Positions 28,824-38,236 of a DNA stretch of 64,000 nucleotides are shown here, piece after piece. The notes beneath the pieces are model-generated. The model made no database searches, had not been told where the DNA came from, and saw only the letters and a program-made list of their open reading frames with translations. The stretch is from a virus (taxonomy: Duplodnaviria > Caudoviricetes): IMG/VR virus record IMGVR_UViG_3300021960_000017; one strand, given 5' to 3'. Each line of letters begins with the position of its first letter. The stretch's first letter is position 1. Both the position numbers and the translations under genes were made by a program.

Positions 28824-29177
28824 TGTAATATTTTTTCGCTTACTGCGACTTTTGGCCATCTCTAGTATGTTAACACTTGGTCCAAATATTATTTCTACAT
28901 CTTTAATATTAAGAGTAATTAAACTATAAGTGAACTTTGCCCAATCACCTTTTAGAAATAAGTTGATAGGAATTTTTTGGTTACTTTCCCACCACCAGGT
29001 TTCACCTAATTCCAAAAATTCTTGTCTATCGTCCTCAGTCTTTAGTGCTTCATAATTGTAAATGCTACAAACAGTATCATCGGAATTTTGTATTATTCCT
29101 AGATACTCATCACCACCATAACTAACAAGGCTTAAAAACGGATATTTTTCTTTTATTTCGTCGCTGATTCTTGCCAT
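28803..29177 (-). CDS. hypothetical protein
   Basis: 124-aa ORF, convergent with mini-DnaE. Confidence 0.75.
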   Translation of the reverse strand: MARISDEIKEKYPFLSLVSYGGDEYLGIIQNSDDTVCSIYNYEALKTEDDRQEFLELGETWWWESNQKIPINLFLKGDWAKFTYSLITLNIKDVEIIFGPSVNILEMAKSRSKRKNITLVKRVK

Positions 29178-29202
29178 TATAAAAACTATAAATAGTAGTG
29201 AT

Positions 29203-29961
29203 ATGACTACTATTACCAGTTACTTATACGAGCAAAATATTAAGGTTACCACAACTGATGTAACCGTGGGAAATGTTATGAGTATGTTTTACACACCAAA
29301 CATCAAAGTCTACAGAGGGATCGATAATCCTGTTAGAGTAAACTTTGTTAACAGGGATCAGAAGAAGGTCAGCCTAACTGATAAAACTGTTACCTTTGTT
29401 ATGATAGACAAAGAGACAAACAAAACACTCCTACAAAGAAGTGTTACAAGTATAAACCCAGCCGCTGGTACAGCAGAGTTTACACTCAGAGATGTTGACA
29501 TGTACAACCTAGACGGCAAATATTATACATATGCTTTTAAAGTTGTTAACGGCGAAGGCAGAACACAAATTGGTTATAGTGATGACAACTATGGTGCAGG
29601 TGGTGTGCTTGAGCTTATAGAAGGCGTTTATCCAACATTTGCTGCTAGTACTCTAGAAGATTTTGGTGCTGGCGATAATGGAAGTATCATTTATATTGAT
29701 CCATATGTTAATTCGAACAATGCGTTACACACCGCACAAGTTTATTTTTCAAGTGCATTTACAGGCACACTAACAGTCAAAGGCAGTTTAAGTCCAGGAG
29801 GTAGTGGACTTACAGCAGACGACTTTACTACTATTACAACTCAAACCTACACTGCACAGTCAGATAATGTTGCTTTTAGTTGGAATGGTGTTTACAGTGC
29901 TATACAATTTGTTCGCAGTACAACAACTGGAACACTTAGTAAAGTGCTGTATAGGCCATGA
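29203..29961 (+). CDS. putative virion structural protein
   Basis: TAAATA at 29189-29194; beta-rich T/S/G composition. Confidence 0.55.
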   Translation: MTTITSYLYEQNIKVTTTDVTVGNVMSMFYTPNIKVYRGIDNPVRVNFVNRDQKKVSLTDKTVTFVMIDKETNKTLLQRSVTSINPAAGTAEFTLRDVDMYNLDGKYYTYAFKVVNGEGRTQIGYSDDNYGAGGVLELIEGVYPTFAASTLEDFGAGDNGSIIYIDPYVNSNNALHTAQVYFSSAFTGTLTVKGSLSPGGSGLTADDFTTITTQTYTAQSDNVAFSWNGVYSAIQFVRSTTTGTLSKVLYRP

Positions 29962-30617
29962 AGTTAGTAGGATTTGGCTGTAGTTTTACATATGGAAGCG
30001 AACTAATAGATCCCAACATAAATGAATGGGATCAACATCATACAAATAAAAAGTATAGAGAAAGTCATGCCTGGTTAGGCTTACTTGCTAAACGACTAGG
30101 GTGCGAGTTTGATAATCGAGGTGAACCTGCTAATAGTAACTTTGCAATAGGTCAACAAGTTGCTGAATATGTTCGAACAAATCGTGAGAATTTACAAGAT
30201 ATTACTATTTGTATTGGATGGACTGGGCGACCAAGAATGAGCTGGTATGATGATCACTGGACACACAATGGTTTTGTCAGCGATAAAACAGGCTGGACAG
30301 ACAGTTGTCGGGAATGGGTAACTAGACACACTAGTCAAAGTTTAGATATGTTTACTGATAATGCTAAATTGATTGCTAATAGTGTGTGTAAGTTTTACGA
30401 TGTTAATCTACTACAGTTTAATTCACTTGGAAAACATGGGACAACAGGCTATAACAAATACCTTGCTGACGGATCCAGTATGGATGAATATTTAAGAAGT
30501 AAACAAGTTGATTTCGAAAAAAACTTTTTTGCAAGTGGCGATCATCCCAACGAAAGTGGTCATGAAGAATGGACAACATTTATGTGTGACTGGATAACGG
30601 GAAACAACCTTGTCTAA
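29958..30617 (+). CDS. SGNH-like protein
   Basis: GFGCSFTYG, NRGEPANSN, GDHPNESGH. Confidence 0.8.
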   Translation: MKLVGFGCSFTYGSELIDPNINEWDQHHTNKKYRESHAWLGLLAKRLGCEFDNRGEPANSNFAIGQQVAEYVRTNRENLQDITICIGWTGRPRMSWYDDHWTHNGFVSDKTGWTDSCREWVTRHTSQSLDMFTDNAKLIANSVCKFYDVNLLQFNSLGKHGTTGYNKYLADGSSMDEYLRSKQVDFEKNFFASGDHPNESGHEEWTTFMCDWITGNNLV

Positions 30618-31173
30618 AAAACTTTGGCAGTTTGGATGTAGTGTAAGCCTTGGTGAAGAAGCAACAAAGCCATATGGCGTCTGGATTGCAGAACATATTG
30701 GATATGAGTTTATCCAGCAAAGCGAAAGCAGTGCTAGCAATCCAAGTATAGCATTAAAGTTTTGCGAACTATATACCAAAATTGACAGTGAAGACCTAGT
30801 AATATTTGGCTGGAGCCATCCTAGCAGATCAAGTTGGTACAATAAACATGCACAGGGATGGGAACATTTAAATTATATACAACAGAAAAAGCGGGGAGAT
30901 CCGTTAACTGGAAGTGTGGTAGATTACATAACACACCAAATATGTGATTATGTTATAAACACCAACGATTGGTATCCTAAACATATTGTAGACACAACCT
31001 GTAAACTTAATAACCTAAAATATCTACATGTAGATTGTGTTCCAGGAATGGTAGATTATTTAATGCATGAACAAGCCAAATACATAGCAGACCACTTGCA
31101 TCCTAATGATCTAGGACATGAACGAATTTTCCACTTGATTAAATCGGACATTTTTAGTATAATTAATACATGA
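30610..31173 (+). CDS. SGNH-like protein
   Basis: FGCSVSLG, SSASN, DHLHPNDLGH. Confidence 0.75.
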   Translation: MSKKLWQFGCSVSLGEEATKPYGVWIAEHIGYEFIQQSESSASNPSIALKFCELYTKIDSEDLVIFGWSHPSRSSWYNKHAQGWEHLNYIQQKKRGDPLTGSVVDYITHQICDYVINTNDWYPKHIVDTTCKLNNLKYLHVDCVPGMVDYLMHEQAKYIADHLHPNDLGHERIFHLIKSDIFSIINT

Positions 31174-32129
31174 ATTCTATACAGCAAGCAGTAATTGATA
31201 ATCTGCCCAGGCAGAAGCGTAGTCCAGGTGGCTGGTATACGTTTAATGCTGTATGCTGTCATCACAATGGAGAGAGCCTGGACAAGCGTGGTAGAGGCGG
31301 TGCTATAACAGATGGCGAGGCAATAACCTATCACTGCTTTAACTGTGGATTTAAAACTGGCTGGCGTCCTGGCAGACATGTTAGTTACAAGTTTCGTAAA
31401 CTGCTAACCTGGTTAGGCGTAGAAGAAAATGAGCGTCAGCGTCTTGTAGTAGAAGCACTACGCATCAAGGAAACTGTAGTTGTTGAAGAGGAAGATGAGC
31501 CTGAATTTACTATAGAGTTTCCAGTTAGAAAACTTCCTGAAAATTGTGTACCATTAACTGAAGCACCGGCTGAGTTACAGGAGTATGCAGTCAGCAGATG
31601 CTTGCCAGTAGATGAATTGCTCTGGAGTAATACTAGAGCAGGCGGGTTATATCGTCGGATAATTGTACCTTGTACGTGGGACAATCGAGTCATAGGGTCA
31701 ACTGCCAGGGCGGTTACTGACGATATAAAACCCAAATACTTTAACAACTATGAAGCCAACTATGTTTATGGAATAGATCGCCAATTAAAGGATGGAAAGT
31801 TTAGCATAGTGTGCGAGGGTATTTTGGATGCACTAGTAATTGGTGGTATAAGTATACTAACTAACAGGTGTAATGACATACAAGCACAGATAATAGACAC
31901 GTTGGGTAGAGAAATTGTGCTGGTTCCTGACAGAGACAGGGCAGGACAATCACTAATAGATGATGCACTAGAGCATGGCTGGAGTGTAAGTTTTCCTGAA
32001 TGGGAACCAGATGTAAAAGATATTAATGCCGCAGTGGTACGATATGGCAAACTTTTTACTTTAAAATCCATTATTGATGCAAAACAAACCAATAGACTAA
32101 AAATAAACTTAATGAGGAAAAAGTTATAA
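31170..32129 (+). CDS. DNA primase (Zn-binding + TOPRIM, gp61-like)
   Basis: CCH...YHCFNC, CEGILDAL, PDRDRAG, KDIN. Confidence 0.9.
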   Translation: MNSIQQAVIDNLPRQKRSPGGWYTFNAVCCHHNGESLDKRGRGGAITDGEAITYHCFNCGFKTGWRPGRHVSYKFRKLLTWLGVEENERQRLVVEALRIKETVVVEEEDEPEFTIEFPVRKLPENCVPLTEAPAELQEYAVSRCLPVDELLWSNTRAGGLYRRIIVPCTWDNRVIGSTARAVTDDIKPKYFNNYEANYVYGIDRQLKDGKFSIVCEGILDALVIGGISILTNRCNDIQAQIIDTLGREIVLVPDRDRAGQSLIDDALEHGWSVSFPEWEPDVKDINAAVVRYGKLFTLKSIIDAKQTNRLKINLMRKKL

Positions 32130-32962
32130 TGGATATCTGGCTAGGGTTTCTGCCTGGAAGCGGTGCTACTAGTATAGAAATGCTTTTACGGTCTGACTGC
32201 ACTAGTTTGGAAACATTACCTGTTGATGATTTTTGGGTTGAGGGGAAAGATTTTGTTACAGGGCATGGTAGTGGCAAACAATGGCATCCTTACACCTCCC
32301 AAGAGTTATTTAATCCAAAATATAAAAAAGCTAAAGTTAATATTTTTACACCTATAATTCCTATGTCAGATCTCAAAGGTAAGGAAATTTTAGAACATAT
32401 TTATATTCAACCAGGAATAAAATTTTATCTTGGACCATCATGTAAACGTAGTTGTGAATTTGCAGTAATAACAACACAAAAAGTACCTTCTTACCCTAAC
32501 AACATTATAAATTTGGAGCATTCTGCTCAATGGAGTACTGGTAGTCTTGATAAATGGGAAATTAGGGAAGCAATAAGTCTAAACTTTATGCAATGGTTTG
32601 TACCACAAATGATAGAACAATGGCAAATTGCTAGCAATCTTGGGTTTACTTGTATAGATACATTAGAACTGTTTAGTTGTTATCCAACAGTAGTAGATAG
32701 CATAGTAAACCAAATTGGGTGTACTATTACTGATAATGAAATGTATAAGCAGCATGTTAATCACTGGTTTACGGGACAAGATAAAATATGGAATGATTGG
32801 GACAGATATAATGAATATAAAAATGGTAAAGGAAAATTAACAGGAGATATTGTACATGAAGCAATGATCCAGTATAATTTAAGAGAACGTGGAATAGAAT
32901 TAAAGTGTTATGGATTAAACGAGTTTCCAGACGCCCAGACATTAAAGGATTTTTATGAGTAG
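32129..32962 (+). CDS. P-loop/sulfotransferase-like hypothetical protein
   Basis: N-terminal FLPGSGAT loop, similar to 25686 and 34856. Confidence 0.5.
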   Translation: MDIWLGFLPGSGATSIEMLLRSDCTSLETLPVDDFWVEGKDFVTGHGSGKQWHPYTSQELFNPKYKKAKVNIFTPIIPMSDLKGKEILEHIYIQPGIKFYLGPSCKRSCEFAVITTQKVPSYPNNIINLEHSAQWSTGSLDKWEIREAISLNFMQWFVPQMIEQWQIASNLGFTCIDTLELFSCYPTVVDSIVNQIGCTITDNEMYKQHVNHWFTGQDKIWNDWDRYNEYKNGKGKLTGDIVHEAMIQYNLRERGIELKCYGLNEFPDAQTLKDFYE

Positions 32963-34352
32963 AGAATACACACCAGATTTACAAAAACTGTTTTTAGAAA
33001 TGATGATGCAGGATGCACAGAATTATGTGCGAGTGCAGAACATTTTTAATCCAGAGAACTTTGACCGTAGTTTGCGTGATGCAGCAAAGTTTATTAAAGA
33101 GCATGCTACTAAGCATAGTACTATGCCTACATATGAACAGTTAAATGCAGTAACGCAGGTAGATGCAAAGCCTATTCCAGAGATGGCAGAAGGGCACAAC
33201 GATTGGTTCCTGGAAGAGTTTGAATCATTTACTAAACGGCAGGAACTGGAACGTGCTATTCTTAAAGCAGCAGACTTATTGGAAAAAGGAACATATGATC
33301 CCGTAGAAAAACTAATCAAAGATGCAGTGCAGATCAGTCTAACCAAGGACATGGGCACAGACTATTTTGAAGATCCTCGCAGCAGACTTATGAAGTTAAA
33401 AGACAACAATGGCCAAGTAAGCACAGGTTGGCCTGCGCTGGATCGCAAATTGTTTGGTGGCATGAACAAAGGTGAGTTGAACATTTTTGCAGGTGGTAGT
33501 GGTAGTGGTAAGAGTTTGTTTATGCAGAACTTGGCTGTTAACTGGGCAACGGCAGGACTCAATGGTGTATATTTGACACTGGAACTTAGTGAAGAACTGA
33601 GTGCAATGCGTATTGATAGTATGCTCACAAACATTGCCAGTAAAGAGATATTCAAGGATCTTGACACAGTAGAGATGAAAGTCAAGATGGTTAGCAAAAA
33701 AGCAGGCAACTTGCAGATTAAATATTTGCCAGCACAGAGCACAGTTAATGATGTTAGAGCATACTTAAAAGAACTTGAGATTACAAAGAACATGCGTATT
33801 GACTTCCTGCTTATTGATTATCTGGACTTGTTGATGCCAGTTAGTGCAAAGGTAAGTCCCAATGATTTGTTTGTTAAAGACAAGTATGTGAGTGAAGAAC
33901 TACGCAACTTGGCTAGAGAACTTAACACAATCTTTGTAACAGCATCGCAGTTGAACAGAAGTGCAGTTGAAGAGATTGAGTTTGATCACAGCCATATTAG
34001 TGGTGGTATCAGTAAGATTAATACAGCAGACAATGTGTTTGGTATCTTTACGAGTAGAGCAATGCGTGAGCGTGGACGCTATCAGATACAGTTAATGAAA
34101 ACTAGAAGTTCAAGCGGTGTTGGCCAAAAGGTAGACCTGGAGTTTGACATTGAAAGTTTGCGTATTAGAGACCTTGGCGAAGATGAAGACTATCAGAACT
34201 TTAAGAAGCAAAGCAGTTCAATCTACGAGCAACTAAAGAACGGAGACAAAACTCCTGAAGCTGAGGGCGATGCTGAAGTAAGTAAGATTACAGCAAATGT
34301 GCAGAGCAGTAAACTTAAAGACATGTTAGCAAGTTTAAAGCAAAGTGACTAA
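32955..34352 (+). CDS. replicative DNA helicase (DnaB/gp41-like)
   Basis: GGSGSGKS, TLELSE, LLIDYLDL, TASQLNR, MKTR. Confidence 0.93.
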   Translation: MSREYTPDLQKLFLEMMMQDAQNYVRVQNIFNPENFDRSLRDAAKFIKEHATKHSTMPTYEQLNAVTQVDAKPIPEMAEGHNDWFLEEFESFTKRQELERAILKAADLLEKGTYDPVEKLIKDAVQISLTKDMGTDYFEDPRSRLMKLKDNNGQVSTGWPALDRKLFGGMNKGELNIFAGGSGSGKSLFMQNLAVNWATAGLNGVYLTLELSEELSAMRIDSMLTNIASKEIFKDLDTVEMKVKMVSKKAGNLQIKYLPAQSTVNDVRAYLKELEITKNMRIDFLLIDYLDLLMPVSAKVSPNDLFVKDKYVSEELRNLARELNTIFVTASQLNRSAVEEIEFDHSHISGGISKINTADNVFGIFTSRAMRERGRYQIQLMKTRSSSGVGQKVDLEFDIESLRIRDLGEDEDYQNFKKQSSSIYEQLKNGDKTPEAEGDAEVSKITANVQSSKLKDMLASLKQSD

Positions 34353-34878
34353 AATACACACATTTAGTGATGGATTCGGTGCTGGTCATGCTTTTCCTAT
34401 GTGGCCCCAGATGATTGCTGCAAGTGGGTTTGATGTAGTTAATTATAGTGAAGTTAGCATTAGCGTTCCTGAACTACTGGATTTGTTTTATAAATCTTAT
34501 AACTTTTATGATAGATTTTTAGTACAACTTCCTGAGTTTGGTAGAATAATTGGTGTTAGGATGCCAGCACAGACAGATAGAAATCTTCATACCAGGGATC
34601 AAAATCTTCTAACGGATTTAAAAAATAAAAACTTTCGTAATGTAACCATACTACATGTGCCAGAAATGGATAAGTGGAGTAGGCAATTTTCTGACAGAGG
34701 AGAAGAACCTCAACCTCAGCCAGTGGTTCATGCTAGATGGTTGACGCAAAACTTTCCTGATTTAATTAGCCCAAACATATACTATACTATAGAAAAATTT
34801 GGCAAGTGGGAACCCTATTACTGGGATAGAGAACAACAATGGAAAGACTTAATAAATGAAGCTAGTTTGTTTCAGTAA
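34345..34878 (+). CDS. degenerate SGNH-like protein
   Basis: FSDGF in place of GDSF; WPQMI; QPQPVVHARW in place of HP..GH..W. Confidence 0.5.
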   Translation: MTKIHTFSDGFGAGHAFPMWPQMIAASGFDVVNYSEVSISVPELLDLFYKSYNFYDRFLVQLPEFGRIIGVRMPAQTDRNLHTRDQNLLTDLKNKNFRNVTILHVPEMDKWSRQFSDRGEEPQPQPVVHARWLTQNFPDLISPNIYYTIEKFGKWEPYYWDREQQWKDLINEASLFQ

Positions 34879-35491
34879 TAACACCGGTGGCGGATTAATT
34901 TGTGATTTACTAAATCATAAGCACACTTGGTCTGATAGTTATAAAATTTCAAATATAGAACATAATGTTTTTAAACAAACTGATACTCCGACTATATCTA
35001 CTAAGATATCAGACCTTGACATGTGGAATAAAGTTTCAAAAAAATATAAAAACTCTAACCAATGGTACGGAACACATGTTCATCCTAGTGCTATTCCCAA
35101 TCTAAATGACTTTGAAGAAGTATTAATTATAACAACTACTGGTCGTGACAGTAAATTATATAGATGGTTAAGGTATTACTACGGGTGGTTTTATAGTGTT
35201 GAACCCAATTGGATTGAAGATGATAACTTAGAACACATTGACAAAATTAGAGAAATGGCAAAAAATGTATTCATTGAATTCTCAGGATGGAAAGATTATC
35301 CATGTGTTGAGTTTTCAGATATAGTGTCTGGAAAATTTGTAACTGAGAGAAATCTCAATGTTGAAAGATTCAATGATTGGCAATCTAAAAATCAGTTTTT
35401 GTTTAATAGCTCTATTAACAAATGGGGTGTTTTAAGATTTGATGAAGCAGAATATGAAATAACTACTGGGCTAGCATACAAGTATCATTAA
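34856..35491 (+). CDS. P-loop/sulfotransferase-like hypothetical protein
   Basis: N-terminal FSNNTGGGLICDLL; GTHVHP. Confidence 0.5.
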   Translation: MKLVCFSNNTGGGLICDLLNHKHTWSDSYKISNIEHNVFKQTDTPTISTKISDLDMWNKVSKKYKNSNQWYGTHVHPSAIPNLNDFEEVLIITTTGRDSKLYRWLRYYYGWFYSVEPNWIEDDNLEHIDKIREMAKNVFIEFSGWKDYPCVEFSDIVSGKFVTERNLNVERFNDWQSKNQFLFNSSINKWGVLRFDEAEYEITTGLAYKYH

Positions 35492-37181
35492 GATACTTGT
35501 CTAGTCTATAGCCCTTTGCTTCCCAACAGTCAATATAGCGTGTGCCGTTAGTCATTCGTATCTTGCCTGATCCTACAATAACATCGTGGTCTCTGTAGCC
35601 AAAGGGCTTCTTAATAGTTACGTCTACATATTCACTGTTGCCTACACCTAGCGTAACAAATGTAACATATCTTCCTTGCTCCCCCTTGAATACACGGCCG
35701 TTTGCTACTAGTCCTGCAAAGTTTACACGGTCCAGATAGGTTTCTTGTACAAACATATTGGGCATAAACTCTGGCTGTGACCAATAGCCATTGCGTTTGT
35801 ATTGTGTTACGGGAGATTCACATACACCGTTTTCGTATCCTAGTTCACGCAGGTCCCAGCCTGCTGTTTTTGCTTCCTGTTTGTGCACCCAGCGTTTATA
35901 TGATCCCTGGCAATGTTTGAGTGCTGCTTGCCAGAACTTCATAGGATTGTGTGCTTTTTGATATGCCAGTGCCCAGATAAGTCTGCCCAGGTTTACAGCA
36001 TGAGCACGACATAAACCAAAGTTGCCCAGCCCATATAACTCTTGTATAATTGCTTCCTTGTCATCATGCTCGCCCATGCGAGTCATAAACTCCATTACAC
36101 GCTCTTCATCTTTTTTAGCAAATGCCCGTCTGTACATGTCTGCTTCATACAAGTCACAACCTATGAGTTTGGCTATTTTGCGTATAGCATCGTCTTCATA
36201 TACAATAGTGTCCTCCAGTCTGTTCTCTGTCCAGTCCTGGAAAAAACTTGCCTTTTGTCTGCCAGTGGTTGCAACAGGGCGTATAAGTGCTGTAGCAAAT
36301 ACACAGTCTGCTTTTGATTGAGGTTGTATTGCACGGAATAGGCGGCGCATTGCAGGGGACTCCGCTTGTGTTACACCAATTACATCGCCTCTGCATAGCA
36401 GTTGACTTGTCTCAAAGTCTTGTTCTGGATATGCTTCCAGTGGTGTGTCAGGGTCTATTTCTATAAGTTGGCTTAGTCCACGGTTAGCCAGTATGTCTAT
36501 TTTAAGGTGCTCTAGATCTTCTACTTCACGTTTGTCTAATAATATTTGATTGTCTTTGTTGAATAAACTCTTGGGTAGTTTTCTTTCAAATACAAGAACA
36601 CCACCACAGTGTTTGCTGATACTACGTTTTTTGCCTATTAGTTTTCTTTCTATTCTCATGGCCTCTTCCTTGTCAATGTCTAAATCTTCATAACGAAAAT
36701 TGCGAGGAAGTCTACCAGACGCACCTAGACGGCGTGCCGCTTCTCTACGTGCACTGCGCTCCTTGTATAGCACATAGTTACTGATTCTTGCTGAACGTTC
36801 TGGCCAATTTGCAAAGATACGTTGCATGACAGTGTCCTGTTGCCAATGCGGAAAGTCTATGTCTACGTCTGGTAGATCATCCCTCAGTGGATTTAAGAAA
36901 CGTGCAACCGGTATTTGCCACCTTATGGGATCAACGTCTGTTATTCCTAGAAGATAACAGACAAGACTAGACCCTGCCGAACCCCGAGTCATATGTGTAA
37001 TGTCCTCGGTCAGAGCTAATACGTCACAAATTGTTAGGAAATAATCAGTAAAGCGAAGTTTGAGTATAATCTCAAGTTCTTCGACTAGTCTATCGTGGTA
37101 CTCTTGAGCCTCTGGTATGTGCCTTACAAACCTGCCAAGTAGCCTATCTAATTGAGCCTTCGCGTCTTTTGGTAATTTCAT
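35463..37181 (-). CDS. dnaE: compact DnaE-like DNA polymerase III alpha lacking the PHP domain
   Basis: RGSAGSSLVCYLLGIT, PDVDIDF, HCGGV, KIDIL, CRAHAV, C-terminal OB fold; 572 aa. Confidence 0.88.
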   Translation of the reverse strand: MKLPKDAKAQLDRLLGRFVRHIPEAQEYHDRLVEELEIILKLRFTDYFLTICDVLALTEDITHMTRGSAGSSLVCYLLGITDVDPIRWQIPVARFLNPLRDDLPDVDIDFPHWQQDTVMQRIFANWPERSARISNYVLYKERSARREAARRLGASGRLPRNFRYEDLDIDKEEAMRIERKLIGKKRSISKHCGGVLVFERKLPKSLFNKDNQILLDKREVEDLEHLKIDILANRGLSQLIEIDPDTPLEAYPEQDFETSQLLCRGDVIGVTQAESPAMRRLFRAIQPQSKADCVFATALIRPVATTGRQKASFFQDWTENRLEDTIVYEDDAIRKIAKLIGCDLYEADMYRRAFAKKDEERVMEFMTRMGEHDDKEAIIQELYGLGNFGLCRAHAVNLGRLIWALAYQKAHNPMKFWQAALKHCQGSYKRWVHKQEAKTAGWDLRELGYENGVCESPVTQYKRNGYWSQPEFMPNMFVQETYLDRVNFAGLVANGRVFKGEQGRYVTFVTLGVGNSEYVDVTIKKPFGYRDHDVIVGSGKIRMTNGTRYIDCWEAKGYRLDKYLNDTCMLAQ

Positions 37182-37256
37182 TGCCTTTGTTTGCCTAAAT
37201 GCCTAAAGTTTTCGTTTTTTGCCTAAGTCATTACTGAGTAATGACGTTTTTATTTA
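37182..37256 (-). promoter_or_regulatory. late promoter + palindrome + 4x (T/A)AGGCA leader of the dnaE-like gene
   Basis: TAAATA 37251-37256; GTCATTACT-N-AGTAATGAC 37227-37245; repeats at 37220, 37200, 37192, 37182. Confidence 0.65.
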
Positions 37257-37289
37257 GCAATCAAGGCCAACAAATTTAATTTTTTTGAT

Positions 37290-37598
37290 TTATAATAGTT
37301 TCTTTTTTAGGATTTGGCGCACATCGTCATCTGAAAACTTAATATGCCAAGTGCCATTAAATGTTACATAATCAACATTTGTCAAATATGCATAGTCTTT
37401 ATTATCTGTTGTCATGGTACTGTATTGAAACAGTTCAGATAATATTAAATCTTTATACCTGATAGTGTTTATTTTGATATAACTATCAGAGTGTGTTCTA
37501 TAATTTTTTCCGTAAAAATGTAATTTTACTTCAGTAGGTGATATTTCTTCACGCTTTATATAAAATGGACCTATAGTTTCAAATTCAAATTCTATCAT
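37290..37598 (-). CDS. hypothetical protein
   Basis: 102-aa ORF coupled to the upstream gene. Confidence 0.6.
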   Translation of the reverse strand: MIEFEFETIGPFYIKREEISPTEVKLHFYGKNYRTHSDSYIKINTIRYKDLILSELFQYSTMTTDNKDYAYLTNVDYVTFNGTWHIKFSDDDVRQILKKKLL

Positions 37599-38236
37599 TT
37601 ATATCTCGTTAATATTAAAACACTTCTGCGAGGATACTTACCACTAAAGTTTGCACTTACGTGAAAACGGTTTCTAGGCCAAGTCATTGCTGTACCCAAA
37701 GTCCAATGATGTATAAAGTCTACAGTAAACCCTGATAATTTATTATAGTCTAAATGTGTAAGGTACGTGTAATCAGTTTTGTCAAATGGTGTGTTGTCTA
37801 GACCGTATTCTTCTCTAGTAGTTTGTTTATAAGTAGTAACACCTTTATTTCCTAAACCTGTTTCAGCATTAAACGAAACAGCTCGGTCACTGCTTTGATC
37901 AAAAATCAGTGTATAATAGGATTCCTCATCTACGTGCGTTAACGGAATAAGATAACTAGTAGCTATATTGTCATTTTTGTCATGTTCAATATAGCCATCA
38001 CTATGTACGCCACCTGCACCATAATCACTATTGATATTTACAGTAGTAATAACTTCATTATCAGGTAGTTTCGCTTGCAGTTGTTCAAGTTTATGAGCAA
38101 AAAAAGGCTGTGCATAGTGGCACATTGTTTGATAACGAAGGCCGTTGTTACGACTTAACTCTTTAGGAAGCACTGAGTCGTACCATAAAAACCATTCGCA
38201 TTCTTCTTGGGTAAAAAAGTTGGGTATCTGTTTCAT
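37595..38236 (-). CDS. 2OG-Fe(II) oxygenase-like protein
   Basis: VHSDG...SYLIPL...RFHVS...RRS. Confidence 0.65.
   Translation of the reverse strand: MKQIPNFFTQEECEWFLWYDSVLPKELSRNNGLRYQTMCHYAQPFFAHKLEQLQAKLPDNEVITTVNINSDYGAGGVHSDGYIEHDKNDNIATSYLIPLTHVDEESYYTLIFDQSSDRAVSFNAETGLGNKGVTTYKQTTREEYGLDNTPFDKTDYTYLTHLDYNKLSGFTVDFIHHWTLGTAMTWPRNRFHVSANFSGKYPRRSVLILTRYK

Noticed and set aside
28260-37181. The two DnaE-like ORFs as halves of one split polymerase
   Set aside because: Both contain the same catalytic motifs (PDxDIDF, KxD), so they are redundant rather than complementary, and no intein ends are present
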